A stretch of DNA of 50,204 bases from Duncaniella sp. (GCA_022511285.1 JAFLRW010000001.1:1-50204); one strand, 5' to 3'; shown: positions 38,591-49,922, numbered from the stretch's first letter. Numbers and translations: made by a program. Notes: a model not told the origin generated them from the sequence alone.

Positions 38591-40402
38591 ATGCCTAAAC
38601 ACCGCAAGTCGGCAGCGCTTGAGGAGAAGATTTCGATTCTTCCGGACACCCCCGGAGTCTACACCTATTATGACTCTGAGGGGACGGTGATATATGTGGG
38701 GAAAGCGAAGAATCTCAAGCGGCGGGTTAGCTCCTATTTTAATCGCACACATCAGTCGGTCCGCACCAACCTGCTGGTGCGTGCCATTGCTGATATGAGC
38801 TATATAGTGGTGCCGACGGAGCAGGATGCCCTCAACCTTGAGGCCTCGATGATAAAAACATATCAGCCTCGCTATAATGTGCTTCTCAAGGATGATAAGT
38901 CGTATCCCTGGATAGTGGTTACCAACGAGCCTTATCCGCGAGTGTTTATGACCCGCGAGCGAGTGCGTGATGGCTCAAAATACTATGGTCCGTATGCCGA
39001 TACCGGCTCTGCGCGGGCCACACTTGACCTCATCAGGCATCTCTACCATATCCGCTCCTGCCGGCATCTGATTACGCCCGACTACATAGCCCGCTCCAAA
39101 GGGCGGCTATGTCTGGACTATCACCTGAAGCGCTGCTTGGGGCCTTGTTGCGGCCTTGTCAGTCAGGCGGACTATATGGCGGAAATTGAGAAAGTCAAGA
39201 CCATACTCAAGGGGGATACTTCAGAGCTGCTCCATCACCTACGCTCGGAGATGGACGCCCTCTCAATGGAATTGCGATTTGAGGAAGCGCAGGATATCAA
39301 GACACAATATGAACTCATATCCCGCTATCGCGCCAAGAGTGTCATAGTCTCTCAGACGGTGACAGATGTCGATGTGTTCGGCCTGTATGAAGACGAGAGT
39401 GATGTCTATATCAACTATATGCGTGTGCATAGCGGCGCTGTGGTGCGCAGTGTCACGCTTGAATACCGCCGGAGGCTTGACGAGCCGCCGGCTCAGATGC
39501 TGGCCTATGCAATGACGGAGGTGGCCGAGACCCTCGGAGTGGAGTATGATGAGGTGATAGTGTCTGAGGTGCCTGATGTAGAGATGCCGGGAGTGCGATT
39601 TACTGTGCCCCAGCGGGGAGATAAGGCCAAACTCCTCGATGTGTCGCAGCGCAACGCTCGGCAGCATCACATTGACAAGTTGAAGACGCGAGAGAAGCGA
39701 GACCCCGCTGCGCGCACCGATAGGATACTGGAGCGGATAAAATCAGACTTTCACCTCTCGGAGCTCCCCCGCTGGATAGAGTGTTTCGATAACTCAAACA
39801 TCCAGGGGACAAATCCTGTGGCATCGTGCGTGGTGTTTCGCGATGCCCGGCCCTCAAAGAAAGATTATCGCCACTTCAACATTCGCACAGTAGAAGGCCC
39901 GGATGATTTCGCATCAATGAAAGAGGTGCTCACGCGGCGCTACACACGGTTGCAGGCTGAAGGGAATGGCTTGCCGCAGCTGATAGTGGTCGACGGAGGC
40001 AAAGGGCAACTCTCATCGGCCGTGGAGGCCCTCGATGAGATGGGGCTTCGCGGCACTATAGCTGTTGTCGGCATAGCCAAAAGGCTCGAGGAGATTTACT
40101 TTCCGGGCGACTCCATCCCCCTCTATATCGACAAAAATTCGGAGACGCTCAGAGTGGTACAAGCCCTGCGCGACGAAGCGCATCGCTTCGGCATCACCCA
40201 TCATCGCAATCGGCGCTCAAAGAGCCAGACAGTGTCGGAGCTCGACGGCATCAAAGGTGTGGGCGAACGCACACGCACGGCCTTACTCACTCATTTTAAG
40301 AGCCTTAAGCGTCTGCGCGAGGCCGATATTAATTCCATAGCTGAAGTTGTAGGCCCGTCAAAAGCCTCGATAATATTCTCGGCACTTCACCACGATGATT
40401 AA
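38591..40402 (+). CDS. uvrC: Excinuclease ABC subunit C
   Basis: PGVY...IYVGKAKNL, ECFDNS, DGGKGQ, RDEAHRF, HhH tail. Confidence 0.98.
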   Translation: MPKHRKSAALEEKISILPDTPGVYTYYDSEGTVIYVGKAKNLKRRVSSYFNRTHQSVRTNLLVRAIADMSYIVVPTEQDALNLEASMIKTYQPRYNVLLKDDKSYPWIVVTNEPYPRVFMTRERVRDGSKYYGPYADTGSARATLDLIRHLYHIRSCRHLITPDYIARSKGRLCLDYHLKRCLGPCCGLVSQADYMAEIEKVKTILKGDTSELLHHLRSEMDALSMELRFEEAQDIKTQYELISRYRAKSVIVSQTVTDVDVFGLYEDESDVYINYMRVHSGAVVRSVTLEYRRRLDEPPAQMLAYAMTEVAETLGVEYDEVIVSEVPDVEMPGVRFTVPQRGDKAKLLDVSQRNARQHHIDKLKTREKRDPAARTDRILERIKSDFHLSELPRWIECFDNSNIQGTNPVASCVVFRDARPSKKDYRHFNIRTVEGPDDFASMKEVLTRRYTRLQAEGNGLPQLIVVDGGKGQLSSAVEALDEMGLRGTIAVVGIAKRLEEIYFPGDSIPLYIDKNSETLRVVQALRDEAHRFGITHHRNRRSKSQTVSELDGIKGVGERTRTALLTHFKSLKRLREADINSIAEVVGPSKASIIFSALHHDD

Positions 40403-40422
40403 ATTGAATAGAAATTTGTTTT

Positions 40423-41337
40423 ATGACAGGAGTTGACATCTTTAAACTGTTTTTTTCCTGGTGTGTGGTAGAAATACATTGGTCGGCGATGACGAGATTC
40501 GTTTACCCCTCAGAGATAGAGTGGCTCATCAACAATGCAGTCCCCTTTTTCTTTGTGGCTTCAGGCTATCTTTTGTCAAGAAAAATGGGGCGTCAACCTC
40601 AGCCGACTGAGCTTCGACAGTGCTCCTTGAAATCATTCAAGCTCTTTCTACTCTGGATTATAATTTACATACCTCTTGATGCCACAAAATTTATTTTCGA
40701 CGGGTTTGGCCTGCGAAATTCGGTTTCGTGTGTAATAACTCTTATCCTATCGGGCGAAGGCATATATTCCTGGCCTATGTGGTATGTTTACTCATTGGCA
40801 ATCAGTCTATTGATAATGAGTTTGGCATCAAAATATCGCTACGGCTTTGTAGTGTTGTTTCTCCTGATGTGCGGAATCAACTTAGCGCAGTTCTACCACA
40901 AAATTCCCATATACGCGCTTGAACTGATTTCCTCGCGAGCCTTGGGCGGAACTCACTTTATCTTAGCCGGATGGCTCATGCCAAGATTGGTCGGTGGTGT
41001 GAAGACAGCCTTAGTAGGCTTCGGTTTAGTGTTAGCCTCATATCTGTCATATATTCATCAACTGCCGTTTTGGACCCTCATTGGAGGTGTGGGATTCTTC
41101 TATGTTGCGTCGTCGCTATCTGTCTTAAAATTTAACTCCACATATATCCGCAAAACGAGTGTGTGGATATACTACCTGCATATGTACATAGTGGTGGGAA
41201 TGAGCAAGCTATTTATCGCGCATCTGTTTGAGCTGAGTAATACGCAGATGAATTTGATAACCCTTCTCTGTGTGACATCGGTCGGAGCTTTGCTATCCAT
41301 CATGCAAAGTCGCAGGCTCAACCGATTGTTAGGTTGA
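40423..41337 (+). CDS. Acyltransferase family 3 (membrane O-acyltransferase)
   Basis: GVDIFK...VVEIH, AVPFFFVASGY, WYV, IYYLH; multiple TM helices; AT-rich. Confidence 0.8.
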   Translation: MTGVDIFKLFFSWCVVEIHWSAMTRFVYPSEIEWLINNAVPFFFVASGYLLSRKMGRQPQPTELRQCSLKSFKLFLLWIIIYIPLDATKFIFDGFGLRNSVSCVITLILSGEGIYSWPMWYVYSLAISLLIMSLASKYRYGFVVLFLLMCGINLAQFYHKIPIYALELISSRALGGTHFILAGWLMPRLVGGVKTALVGFGLVLASYLSYIHQLPFWTLIGGVGFFYVASSLSVLKFNSTYIRKTSVWIYYLHMYIVVGMSKLFIAHLFELSNTQMNLITLLCVTSVGALLSIMQSRRLNRLLG

Positions 41338-43096
41338 GGTCGGAGACCATTTTAGCAAAGATTGGGTTTCGGTCAATCATGTAGTCGAAGACCTTGCGCT
41401 CGTTCCAGGTGTGGGGTGCTGCTTCACCGCGGTTAATTTCTATTTCGAGGTCGAAAGCATCGTTGGCAATCTCCCGGCGGATGTGAGAGAGCAGGGCCGG
41501 GAGGGCACGCCCCAGCTCTTCGCGTTGCTTTTCGTTTTCAATTATCATCTTATAAGCCACTCCCTCAATCTTCACCGGCAGTGACGCTCTCATGGTGTTG
41601 ACCAAGATGTGCTGTTCGGGGTGGAGGCTCATGAAAGAGTGCCACGCCTTGTGAAGCTGCTCAAGGGTGAATTCCTTGTTGCTAATAGTCTGAGGCTGTG
41701 ATGCCGGCACATTTCTGTTAGCCTCGGCGGGCTTGTTGGCTTCGGCAGACAGTGAGAAGGCTCCAACCGTGGCGCTCTTTGGGACGGACGCGGAGATCTT
41801 GGGCACCTTATGAGGCGGCGCGGGAGCAGCCGGAGCCTTGGGAACGGGGGGTGCGGCTGCCGGCGCCGGCGCGGCTGCGGTTGTGGGCTTTGTGGTGTTG
41901 GAAGCCGGAGCCGGGGCCGGGGCCGGAGCAGAGACGGGCGCCGGATTAGTGGTAGATGCGGCTATTTTTTGCAGTTGCCCCTCACTGTTGCCGCTGTTGG
42001 TCTGCGAGGGGCTTGATAATTGGCATATTTTGGCGAGCGTCAGCTCCGTGAGGAATTGTTTGTTGGACGCGGAGCGCCAGTTAAGGTCTGCATCATTACA
42101 CAGATTCATAGCCCGATATATGAACTCCGGATGGCATTTTGAAGCCCGTTGAGCCATCGCTGCCCTCACCTCGTCATCTGCTTCGAGGAGAGAAATTGTG
42201 GAAGGGCTTATGGCCACCATAAGGTCGCGCAGGTAGTCGGCCAGTCCGGTGATAAAAAAGTGGGAATCAAATCCGCGGTCGCGTATCTCCTTGTATATCA
42301 GCCAACTTTCGAGTACCCTGCCGCTGAGGAAACAATCAAGCAGGCGGTTATAGTAGTCAGCGTCGAGCACATTGAGATTGTCGATTGTGGTCTGGTAAGT
42401 GATATTCCCGCGTGACGAGGCCGCCACCTGGTCAAAAATCGAGAGCGCGTCGCGCATTGCGCCGTCGGCCTTTCGGGCGATGACGGTGAGGGCTGCCGGC
42501 TCAGCTGTGATTCCCTCCTGATTGGCCACATATTTCAGATGGTCAACCATATCGGACACAGTGATGCGATTGAAATCGTAGATTTGGCAACGAGAGAGAA
42601 TGGTTGGGATAATTTTCTGTTTCTCAGTGGTGGCGAGGATAAAAATCACATAGCTCGGTGGCTCCTCGAGAGTCTTAAGGAACGCATTGAAAGCAGCAGT
42701 CGATAGCATGTGGACCTCATCGACAATGAACACCCTGTATCGTCCTGATGAGGGCGGGTTTTGCACCTGGTCAACGAGTTGGCGCACATCGTCGACGCCA
42801 TTGTTGGAGGCGGCGTCAAGCTCGATGATATTCATAGAATTACCGTCGTTGAAAGAGCGGCAGGAGTCACACTCATTGCAGGCCTCTCCATCGGCCGTAG
42901 GGTGCTGACAGTTTATTGTCTTGGCAAAGATACGCGCACACGACGTCTTGCCCACACCCCGCGAGCCGCAGAAGAGATAGCTATGAGCGAGGCGGCCGGT
43001 AGCGATGGCATTTTTGAGCGTCGATGTCAGCGCGCGCTGTCCCACAACGTTGGCAAACGTCGAGGGGCGGTATTTGCGGGCGGAGACTATATACAT
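41318..43096 (-). CDS. dnaX: DNA polymerase III gamma/tau
   Basis: ARKYRP, GSRGVGKT, DEVHML, SRC. Start set to ATG 43096, downstream of promoter 43133-43164. Confidence 0.96.
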   Translation of the reverse strand: MYIVSARKYRPSTFANVVGQRALTSTLKNAIATGRLAHSYLFCGSRGVGKTSCARIFAKTINCQHPTADGEACNECDSCRSFNDGNSMNIIELDAASNNGVDDVRQLVDQVQNPPSSGRYRVFIVDEVHMLSTAAFNAFLKTLEEPPSYVIFILATTEKQKIIPTILSRCQIYDFNRITVSDMVDHLKYVANQEGITAEPAALTVIARKADGAMRDALSIFDQVAASSRGNITYQTTIDNLNVLDADYYNRLLDCFLSGRVLESWLIYKEIRDRGFDSHFFITGLADYLRDLMVAISPSTISLLEADDEVRAAMAQRASKCHPEFIYRAMNLCNDADLNWRSASNKQFLTELTLAKICQLSSPSQTNSGNSEGQLQKIAASTTNPAPVSAPAPAPAPASNTTKPTTAAAPAPAAAPPVPKAPAAPAPPHKVPKISASVPKSATVGAFSLSAEANKPAEANRNVPASQPQTISNKEFTLEQLHKAWHSFMSLHPEQHILVNTMRASLPVKIEGVAYKMIIENEKQREELGRALPALLSHIRREIANDAFDLEIEINRGEAAPHTWNERKVFDYMIDRNPIFAKMVSDLNLTIG

Positions 43097-43132
43097 TTTG
43101 TCGGGAATCGGGTTTTTATGGTTTACAATATG

Positions 43133-43201
43133 CAAAAATAGGCAAATTCGGCGGTAATGGCAAAAAACTTTTCGTCATTTCGCAAGAAATATGTAATTTT
43201 G
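43133..43201. promoter_or_regulatory. Divergent dnaX/purC promoters
   Basis: Minus strand TTTG-N20-TATTTTTG (43164-43133); plus strand TAATTTTG (43194-43201). Confidence 0.7.
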
Positions 43202-43233
43202 CTCGATAAAACCACAGTATACTCCAAATAGCT

Positions 43234-44193
43234 ATGTCAACAACACTGGTAAACACCGAATTTCAGTTCCCCGGCCAGACCGCAGTCTATCACGGCAAAG
43301 TGCGCGACGTCTACACCATTGGCAGCGATCTTCTTGTTATGGTGGCCACGGACCGCATCTCGGCCTTCGATGTCATTCTCCCCAAGGGTATTCCCTATAA
43401 GGGGCAGGCTCTCAATCAGATAGCCGCATCGATGCTTGATGCCACAGCTGCCGAAGTGCCCAACTGGAAGATAGCCGTTCCCGACCCGATGGTGACAATC
43501 GGTCGCCGCTGTGAGGGCCTGCGCCTCGAGATGATAATCCGCGGCTACTTGGCCGGCAGCGCCTGGCGCGCCTACAAGAGTGGTGTGCGAGAAATCTGCG
43601 GCGTCACCCTTCCCGAAGGGATGGTGGAAAACCAGCGTTTCCCCGAGCCGATAATCACCCCTACCACAAAGGCAGAGGCCGGCCATGACGAGGATATATC
43701 ACGAGAGGATGCAATAGCTCAGGGCATCGTGACCGCCGAGCAGTTTGACACGATGGCCGCCTACACCCGTGCCCTCTTCAAGAAAGGGAGCGAAATGGCA
43801 GCCGAAAAAGGCCTCATACTCGTCGACACCAAATATGAGTTCGGACTTGCCGACGGCAAAGTGATACTCATCGACGAAATCCATACCCCCGACTCCTCGC
43901 GCTACTTCTATGCCGACGGCTACGAAGAGCGTCTGCGCAATGGCGAGCCCCAGCGCCAGCTCTCAAAAGAGTTTGTGCGCGAGTGGCTTATGGCCAACGG
44001 ATTTATGGGTAAGGAGGGTCAGCAAGTGCCTGAGATGACCGATGCTTTCTGTGAGGAAGTGTCGGAGCGCTATATCGAACTCTACGAGCATATCACAGGC
44101 CTCACGTTTGTCAAAGCGCCGGAGCAGAACCTTGCCGAGCGCATCTCCAAGAACGTGCTTGACTGTCTCGCTTCACTCGGAGTCAAAGCCTGA
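43234..44193 (+). CDS. purC: SAICAR synthetase
   Basis: [32 protein letters not shown]. Confidence 0.97.
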   Translation: MSTTLVNTEFQFPGQTAVYHGKVRDVYTIGSDLLVMVATDRISAFDVILPKGIPYKGQALNQIAASMLDATAAEVPNWKIAVPDPMVTIGRRCEGLRLEMIIRGYLAGSAWRAYKSGVREICGVTLPEGMVENQRFPEPIITPTTKAEAGHDEDISREDAIAQGIVTAEQFDTMAAYTRALFKKGSEMAAEKGLILVDTKYEFGLADGKVILIDEIHTPDSSRYFYADGYEERLRNGEPQRQLSKEFVREWLMANGFMGKEGQQVPEMTDAFCEEVSERYIELYEHITGLTFVKAPEQNLAERISKNVLDCLASLGVKA

Positions 44194-44217
44194 GGAGATC
44201 CCTCACCGACGCGAGCA

Positions 44218-44961
44218 ATGAAAGTAGAGGATGTAAAGCCATACGCTGCCGCGGGCGACAAGTCGGGACAAGTCCGGGATATGTTTGACACCATAGCCCC
44301 GTCCTACGACTTTATGAACCGCGCTATAACCCTTGGAATGGACCGCGCCTGGCGGCAGAAAGCAGTGAATCTGCTCGGCCCCTCGGCTCGCTATCCCAGG
44401 GTGCTCGACATAGCCACGGGCACAGCCGACATTCCCATTACGCTTGCGGCCACTCACTCCACGCCTGAAATCTGCGGAATAGACCTCTCCGAAGGGATGC
44501 TTGCCATCGGCAGGCAGAAAGTGGCCTCGGCCCGGCTTCCGGCAGGGTGCACCATCAGTCTGCAGCAGGGCGACTGCCTCAGCCTCCCGTATGAGTCAGA
44601 AAGCTTTGACGGGGTGATATGCGCCTACGGAGTGCGTAATTTTGCCGACATTCCCGCAGGGCTGAGCGAGATGCAGCGTGTGCTCCGTCCCGGAGGGCGA
44701 GTGGTCATCCTCGAGCTATCCACCCCGAGCTCCCCGCCGGTGCTCCCCTTTTATCGCCTCTACACCCGTTGTCTCATCCCCATAGCCGGCAGACTGCTCA
44801 GCAAAGACCGCCGTGCCTACAGCTATCTGCCGGAGTCGATAGCCGCCGTGCCTCAGGGGAAAGCAATGACCAATCTCCTTGTCCGAGCCGGGTTCGGCGA
44901 GCCTCGTGTCGAGAGCCTCTGTCTCGGGGTCTGCAGCATCTACACGGCGCAAAAACCATAG
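44218..44961 (+). CDS. ubiE: UbiE/MenG demethylmenaquinone methyltransferase
   Basis: MFDTIAPSYD, LDIATGTAD, GVRNF, YSYLPESI. Confidence 0.92.
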   Translation: MKVEDVKPYAAAGDKSGQVRDMFDTIAPSYDFMNRAITLGMDRAWRQKAVNLLGPSARYPRVLDIATGTADIPITLAATHSTPEICGIDLSEGMLAIGRQKVASARLPAGCTISLQQGDCLSLPYESESFDGVICAYGVRNFADIPAGLSEMQRVLRPGGRVVILELSTPSSPPVLPFYRLYTRCLIPIAGRLLSKDRRAYSYLPESIAAVPQGKAMTNLLVRAGFGEPRVESLCLGVCSIYTAQKP

Positions 44962-44999
44962 CATACACACAAAATTAAGCTTTCAACAGAATAACGATT

Positions 45000-45335
45000 A
45001 TGTCAACACCACAAAATCCCAACGAAATCAAAATCGAACTTGCCCCCGAAGTGGCAAAAGGAATCTACTCCAACCTTGCCGTCATCACCCACGGCCCTAA
45101 CGAATTTTTTGTTGACTTCATCACGATGGCACCCAACATGCCCCAGGCCAAAGTGCAGAGCCGCATAGTAATGACTCCGGAGAACGCTAAAAACCTTATG
45201 GGCGCCCTCATAGAGAACGTCAAGAAATATGAAGCCACCTTCGGCGAGATACGCCCCAAACGCCCCCTCAACAACAACATCGGCGGACATGGCGGCGAAA
45301 TCCCCAACCCATTTATTAACAGCGGAAAAGCTTAA
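45000..45335 (+). CDS. DUF3467 family protein
   Basis: GIYSNLAVITH...EFFVDF...SRIVMTPENAK...YEATFGEI. Confidence 0.88.
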   Translation: MSTPQNPNEIKIELAPEVAKGIYSNLAVITHGPNEFFVDFITMAPNMPQAKVQSRIVMTPENAKNLMGALIENVKKYEATFGEIRPKRPLNNNIGGHGGEIPNPFINSGKA

Positions 45336-45364
45336 TCACAGACCACACCCATCAATAGAAAATT

Positions 45365-46852
45365 ATGGCTGACATTCGCCCCAACAACCTGACCATTTAC
45401 AACACCCTGTCGCGCACGAAGCAGACCTTCATCCCCGGCCACGAAGGGCGTGTAGGGATGTATGTGTGCGGCCCCACAGTGTATGGCGACGGCCACCTGG
45501 GCCACGCACGTCCGGCCATCACCTTTGATATTCTCTATCGCTATCTCCTTCACCTCGGCTACAAGGTGCGCTATGTCCGCAACATCACCGATGTGGGCCA
45601 TTTGGAGCACGATGCCGACGACGGCGAGGACAAGATAGCCAAAAAAGCGCGTCTCGAGCAGCTTGAGCCGATGGAAGTGGTGCAGCACTATCTCACTCGC
45701 TATCATAAAGCGATGGAGGCCCTCGGAGTGCTCCCCCCCTCAATCGAGCCACACGCCTCGGGGCATATCATAGAGCAGATTGAATACATCAAGAAGATTC
45801 TTGACAGCGGCTATGCCTACGAGGCAAACGGCTCTGTCTATTTCGATGTCCCCAAATACAATCGCTCCCACCCCTACGGCAAGCTCTCCGGCCGAAATAT
45901 CGACGAGCTCTACGCCACCACGCGCGACCTCGACGGTCAGACCGAAAAACACCATCCCACCGACTTTGCCCTCTGGAAGAAAGCCGCTCCCGAGCATATT
46001 ATGCACTGGCCATCGCCCTGGAGCGAAGGTTTCCCCGGATGGCACCTCGAGTGCTCGACAATGGGCGAGAAATATCTCGGCGAGACCTTTGATATCCACG
46101 GCGGAGGAATGGACCTTATGTTCCCTCACCATGAGTGTGAGATAGCCCAGTCGGTGGCCCACAACGGCCACGAATCCGTGCGCTACTGGATGCACAACAA
46201 TATGATTACCATCAACGGCAAGAAGATGGGTAAGAGCCTGGGCAACTTCATTACTCTTGATGAGTTTTTCAGCGGCACCCACCCCCTGCTCACACAGGCC
46301 TACACGCCGATGACCATACGTTTCTTTATCCTCCAGGCCCACTATCGCGGCACCGTCGACTTCTCAAACGAGGCGCTTCAGTCCTCGGAGAAGGCGTTGC
46401 AGCGCATGCTTGAGGGATATCGTCGTCTGCGCGAGCTCACCCCTGCGGCACAGTCCACCATTGATGTCTCCACCATCCGCGAGCGTTGCTATGCGGCTAT
46501 GGACGATGACCTCAACACCCCTGTGGTGATAGCCACCCTCTTCGACGCCCTCCGTATGGTCAATTCTGTCAAGGATGGCAAGGCCACAGCCTCACAGGCG
46601 GATATTGATGAGCTTCGCGGGATTTTTGACACCTTCCTTGTGGAGATTCTCGGCATACGCACCGAGCAGGGCGGGGCTGACTCCGCCGCTGCCTTGAAAC
46701 CCTTTGAGGGGGCGGTTGACCTCCTCCTTGAGGTGCGCGGAAAGGCCAAGGCCGCCAAGGATTGGGCAACGTCCGACCTCATCCGCGACCGTCTTGCCGC
46801 CCTCGGCTTTACAGTCAAGGACACCCGCGACGGTGCCGAGTGGACCCTATAA
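45365..46852 (+). CDS. cysS: Cysteinyl-tRNA synthetase
   Basis: [23 protein letters not shown]. Confidence 0.98.
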   Translation: MADIRPNNLTIYNTLSRTKQTFIPGHEGRVGMYVCGPTVYGDGHLGHARPAITFDILYRYLLHLGYKVRYVRNITDVGHLEHDADDGEDKIAKKARLEQLEPMEVVQHYLTRYHKAMEALGVLPPSIEPHASGHIIEQIEYIKKILDSGYAYEANGSVYFDVPKYNRSHPYGKLSGRNIDELYATTRDLDGQTEKHHPTDFALWKKAAPEHIMHWPSPWSEGFPGWHLECSTMGEKYLGETFDIHGGGMDLMFPHHECEIAQSVAHNGHESVRYWMHNNMITINGKKMGKSLGNFITLDEFFSGTHPLLTQAYTPMTIRFFILQAHYRGTVDFSNEALQSSEKALQRMLEGYRRLRELTPAAQSTIDVSTIRERCYAAMDDDLNTPVVIATLFDALRMVNSVKDGKATASQADIDELRGIFDTFLVEILGIRTEQGGADSAAALKPFEGAVDLLLEVRGKAKAAKDWATSDLIRDRLAALGFTVKDTRDGAEWTL

Positions 46853-46912
46853 GCCCCCGCCAACTTAGACATTCCCTAAATTCAAATAAACCAACTTAAA
46901 AACAATTCAAGG

Positions 46913-49852
46913 ATGAAAAAGATTTACAGTCTTCTGCTTGCAGCCGCTTGTGTGGCAGGTGCAGTGGTGGCCCAGCGCTCCACCGCCACCGATGTCGCCA
47001 CGGCTCCCAAAGCAGCAATCTCCGTTGAGGGCAAACAGCTTCGTCAGCTCGCCCCGGTCGAGAGAACAAAGAGTGCGCAGTCGGCTTTCAGCCAGACCGC
47101 TCGTCTCGAAGTTGCCACAACCGCTCGTCTCGAAAATGCCACCATCACCGGCATGCAGAAAGCCGATGATAATCCCACAATCGAAGGCTCTTGGACCTTC
47201 AGTCTCGGCGATTACTATTTTCAGACATCGGTAAATGGCACAATTACTTACACCTATGAGGCCACACTTGAAGGCTCCGACGTCTGGTTTGATGACCCTA
47301 CGGGAAACGAGCTCCCCTTCGTGGCCCAATATGATGAGGCCGCCGGCAAACTCACCTTCAAACGTGAGTATTTAGGCTCAACCGGGCAATATCATGTCTA
47401 TCAAGAGCCGTTTGTCTACAACTACACTACAAATGATCTTGATCTACAGGATATTGTCGGCACATACAATGCTACTGCCGGAAAGATCACATTCAACGCT
47501 GACAACGGCATCTCATGGGCGGCATATTCAACAGCCGCCGGCTCCGGTGACCCACTGGGCTATTTCAGTATCTACGACCTTGAGAGCGCCGTTAAGGCAC
47601 AAGCCGGCGGTGACAGCGGTGACGACGATTGGGAATATGTGGGTGATGCCACATTTGTGGATGCCTGGATTCTGCCCTCTTACTCTATGAGCGGAGTGCA
47701 GATCAACCCCAACGACCATCCCTACAAGGTGCAACTCCATCGCAACCTTGAGAATGAAAACCTCTACCGCCTATGGGAGCCCTACAAGAACTCGATGCTC
47801 TCAACTCTCAACCAGGTATCGCCTGACGGCGGTCAGATTGTGTTTGATATCACTGACCCCGACCACGTGATAGTAAAGGCCGGATATCGCGCCGGATTTG
47901 CCAACAGTAATGGCGACTTCTATCTCTTCGGCTTACTTGGCTGGCAGATTTACGGCTACGGGAATAGCTATAATGACTCTTACCTCCCCGGAATCATTGA
48001 GTTTATGGAGCAGCACGATCAGGAATTCGATGTGCTCGAAGGCAATGTTCTGACAATCCACCCATTTTTTGACTTTGATGCCAGCTGCGAAAGTGCATAC
48101 TCTTGGACCACAAATCCATACGTTACCACAATTACCTTCCCTGACGGAGTGCTCGCCGATCTTCCAGATACAGACACCCCCGAAATTGATGGCATCATTT
48201 ATCAAGTGAATCGCGAGACTATGACTGCCGAAGTGACCGGCTGCACATCATCGCTCACTAATCTCAACATCCCTGAGACTATCCGAGTGAAGAGCGGCAC
48301 AATGACAGTCACCTCTGTGGCCGCCTCAGCCTTCTATGGCAATAGAACCATCACTTCGGCCACTATTCCGGCAACAATCGAAGCAATGGGCACAGATGCC
48401 TTCCGCAACGTCACCAATCTCCGCACACTCAACATTGCCGACCTTGCAGCCTGGTGTGCCATCGAGTTTGCCAACGGCAACGCCAACCCCATCTACAACG
48501 TCTTCCCCACCACAGGCTCAGCCGGCACCGTCAACATCAACGGCACTCCTGTCACCACGACACTCACAGTGCCTGAAGGAGTCACCTCAATCGGTCGCGC
48601 CTTCTACGGCTTCAAGTCGCTCACCGACGTGACCCTCCCCACCACCCTCGTCACCCTTGGCGACCAGGCTTTCACCAATTGCACCGGTCTCACCAAGATT
48701 GAAATCCCCGAAGGCGTCACCACCATCGGCTCAGCCTTCTTCGGTTGTTCCAACCTTGCAGAGGTGACCCTCCCCTCCACCCTGACCACACTCAAGGGCA
48801 GCACCTTCTACAACTGCTCTTCCCTCACAAGCATTGTCCTCCCCGAGGCTCTTGAGACCATCGGCGCGATGACCTTCAACGGTTGCTCCGCCCTCACCGA
48901 GATAATCTCTCCCGCCGCCGTTCCCCCGACCGCCGGCGTGATGGCCTTCGATGGCGTCGACAAAGAGATTCCCGTCTATGTGCTTGAAGAATCAATCGAG
49001 GCCTACAAGGCAGCCGCAGAGTGGAAAGAGTTCACCAACTATCAGCGTCTCATCTTCACAGAAATCGAGCAGGGCGATATCTACTACTCACTCGACGTTG
49101 ACGCCCTGACCGCCACCGTCACCGGCTGCGCGGAGACCCTTATGCTTCTCAACATCCCCGCCACCGTCACCAGCCAGGGCGCCACTTATGCAGTGACAGC
49201 CATAGCTGAGAGCGCCTTTGCCGGCAACGCCAATTTCATCAGCGCCGTTATCCCCGCAAGCATCACTGCTATCGACGCTGACGCCTTCAAAGGCTTGACA
49301 TCCCTCGCTACGTTGAACATCGTAGACCTCGCGGCATGGTGTGGTATAGAGTTTGCCAATGGCGATGCCAACCCGATGGCCGTGGCCAAGAACGTCTACA
49401 TCGGCGGCAAGAGCGTCAGCAGCGGTGTAGAGATGCCTGAAACTGTCACAGCCCTCTCCGCCTACGCCTTCTATGGTGCCAAGACCCTCTCAGAGGTGAC
49501 TCTCCCCGCCACCCTCGAGACCATCGGTGCCGAAGCCTTCAGCGGCTGCACAGGTCTGACCCTTATCACATCTAACGCCACCGTGCCCCCCACAGCCGGC
49601 ACCGGCGCCTTCACCGGCGTTGACAAGACCATCCCCGTGATGGTGCCCGCCGAGGCTGTTGAGGCTTACAAGACAGCCGCAGAGTGGAAGGAATTCACTA
49701 ACTACAACAATGAGTCGGGCATCGCCTCAATCATCGCCGACGGCGCTGAGGCTGAATACTACAACCTCAACGGCGTGCGCGTGGATAACCCCTCGGCAGG
49801 CGTTTATATCCGCAAGCAGGGCAACACTGTCACAAAAGTGATTGTAAAGTAA
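46913..49852 (+). CDS. BspA-type leucine-rich-repeat (LRR_5) surface protein with T9SS-type C-terminal signal
   Basis: Signal peptide; repeated IPxxVTxIGxxAFxxCxxL units; tail EYYNLNGVRV...QGNTVTKVIVK. Confidence 0.9.
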   Translation: MKKIYSLLLAAACVAGAVVAQRSTATDVATAPKAAISVEGKQLRQLAPVERTKSAQSAFSQTARLEVATTARLENATITGMQKADDNPTIEGSWTFSLGDYYFQTSVNGTITYTYEATLEGSDVWFDDPTGNELPFVAQYDEAAGKLTFKREYLGSTGQYHVYQEPFVYNYTTNDLDLQDIVGTYNATAGKITFNADNGISWAAYSTAAGSGDPLGYFSIYDLESAVKAQAGGDSGDDDWEYVGDATFVDAWILPSYSMSGVQINPNDHPYKVQLHRNLENENLYRLWEPYKNSMLSTLNQVSPDGGQIVFDITDPDHVIVKAGYRAGFANSNGDFYLFGLLGWQIYGYGNSYNDSYLPGIIEFMEQHDQEFDVLEGNVLTIHPFFDFDASCESAYSWTTNPYVTTITFPDGVLADLPDTDTPEIDGIIYQVNRETMTAEVTGCTSSLTNLNIPETIRVKSGTMTVTSVAASAFYGNRTITSATIPATIEAMGTDAFRNVTNLRTLNIADLAAWCAIEFANGNANPIYNVFPTTGSAGTVNINGTPVTTTLTVPEGVTSIGRAFYGFKSLTDVTLPTTLVTLGDQAFTNCTGLTKIEIPEGVTTIGSAFFGCSNLAEVTLPSTLTTLKGSTFYNCSSLTSIVLPEALETIGAMTFNGCSALTEIISPAAVPPTAGVMAFDGVDKEIPVYVLEESIEAYKAAAEWKEFTNYQRLIFTEIEQGDIYYSLDVDALTATVTGCAETLMLLNIPATVTSQGATYAVTAIAESAFAGNANFISAVIPASITAIDADAFKGLTSLATLNIVDLAAWCGIEFANGDANPMAVAKNVYIGGKSVSSGVEMPETVTALSAYAFYGAKTLSEVTLPATLETIGAEAFSGCTGLTLITSNATVPPTAGTGAFTGVDKTIPVMVPAEAVEAYKTAAEWKEFTNYNNESGIASIIADGAEAEYYNLNGVRVDNPSAGVYIRKQGNTVTKVIVK

Positions 49853-49887
49853 TCAGCACGCTTTAGGGATATCCCATTCATCAATAT

Positions 49888-49922
49888 TGACCTCTGTTCC
49901 GTCCGTGGACAGAGGTCATTTT
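49888..49922 (+). terminator. Intrinsic terminator
   Basis: TGACCTCTGT...ACAGAGGTCA stem followed by TTTT. Confidence 0.88.

Noticed and set aside
41800-41950. GC-rich CCGGGG-type repeats in dnaX
   Set aside because: They encode the usual Pro/Ala linker of tau.
41945-41985. Programmed frameshift in dnaX at CAA AAA ATA (A6, GAGGGG upstream, nearby stops in both shifted frames, about codon 376)
   Set aside because: The position suits a gamma-type product, but it is not a canonical X XXY YYZ heptamer and the run is short. Needs ribosome profiling or proteomics.
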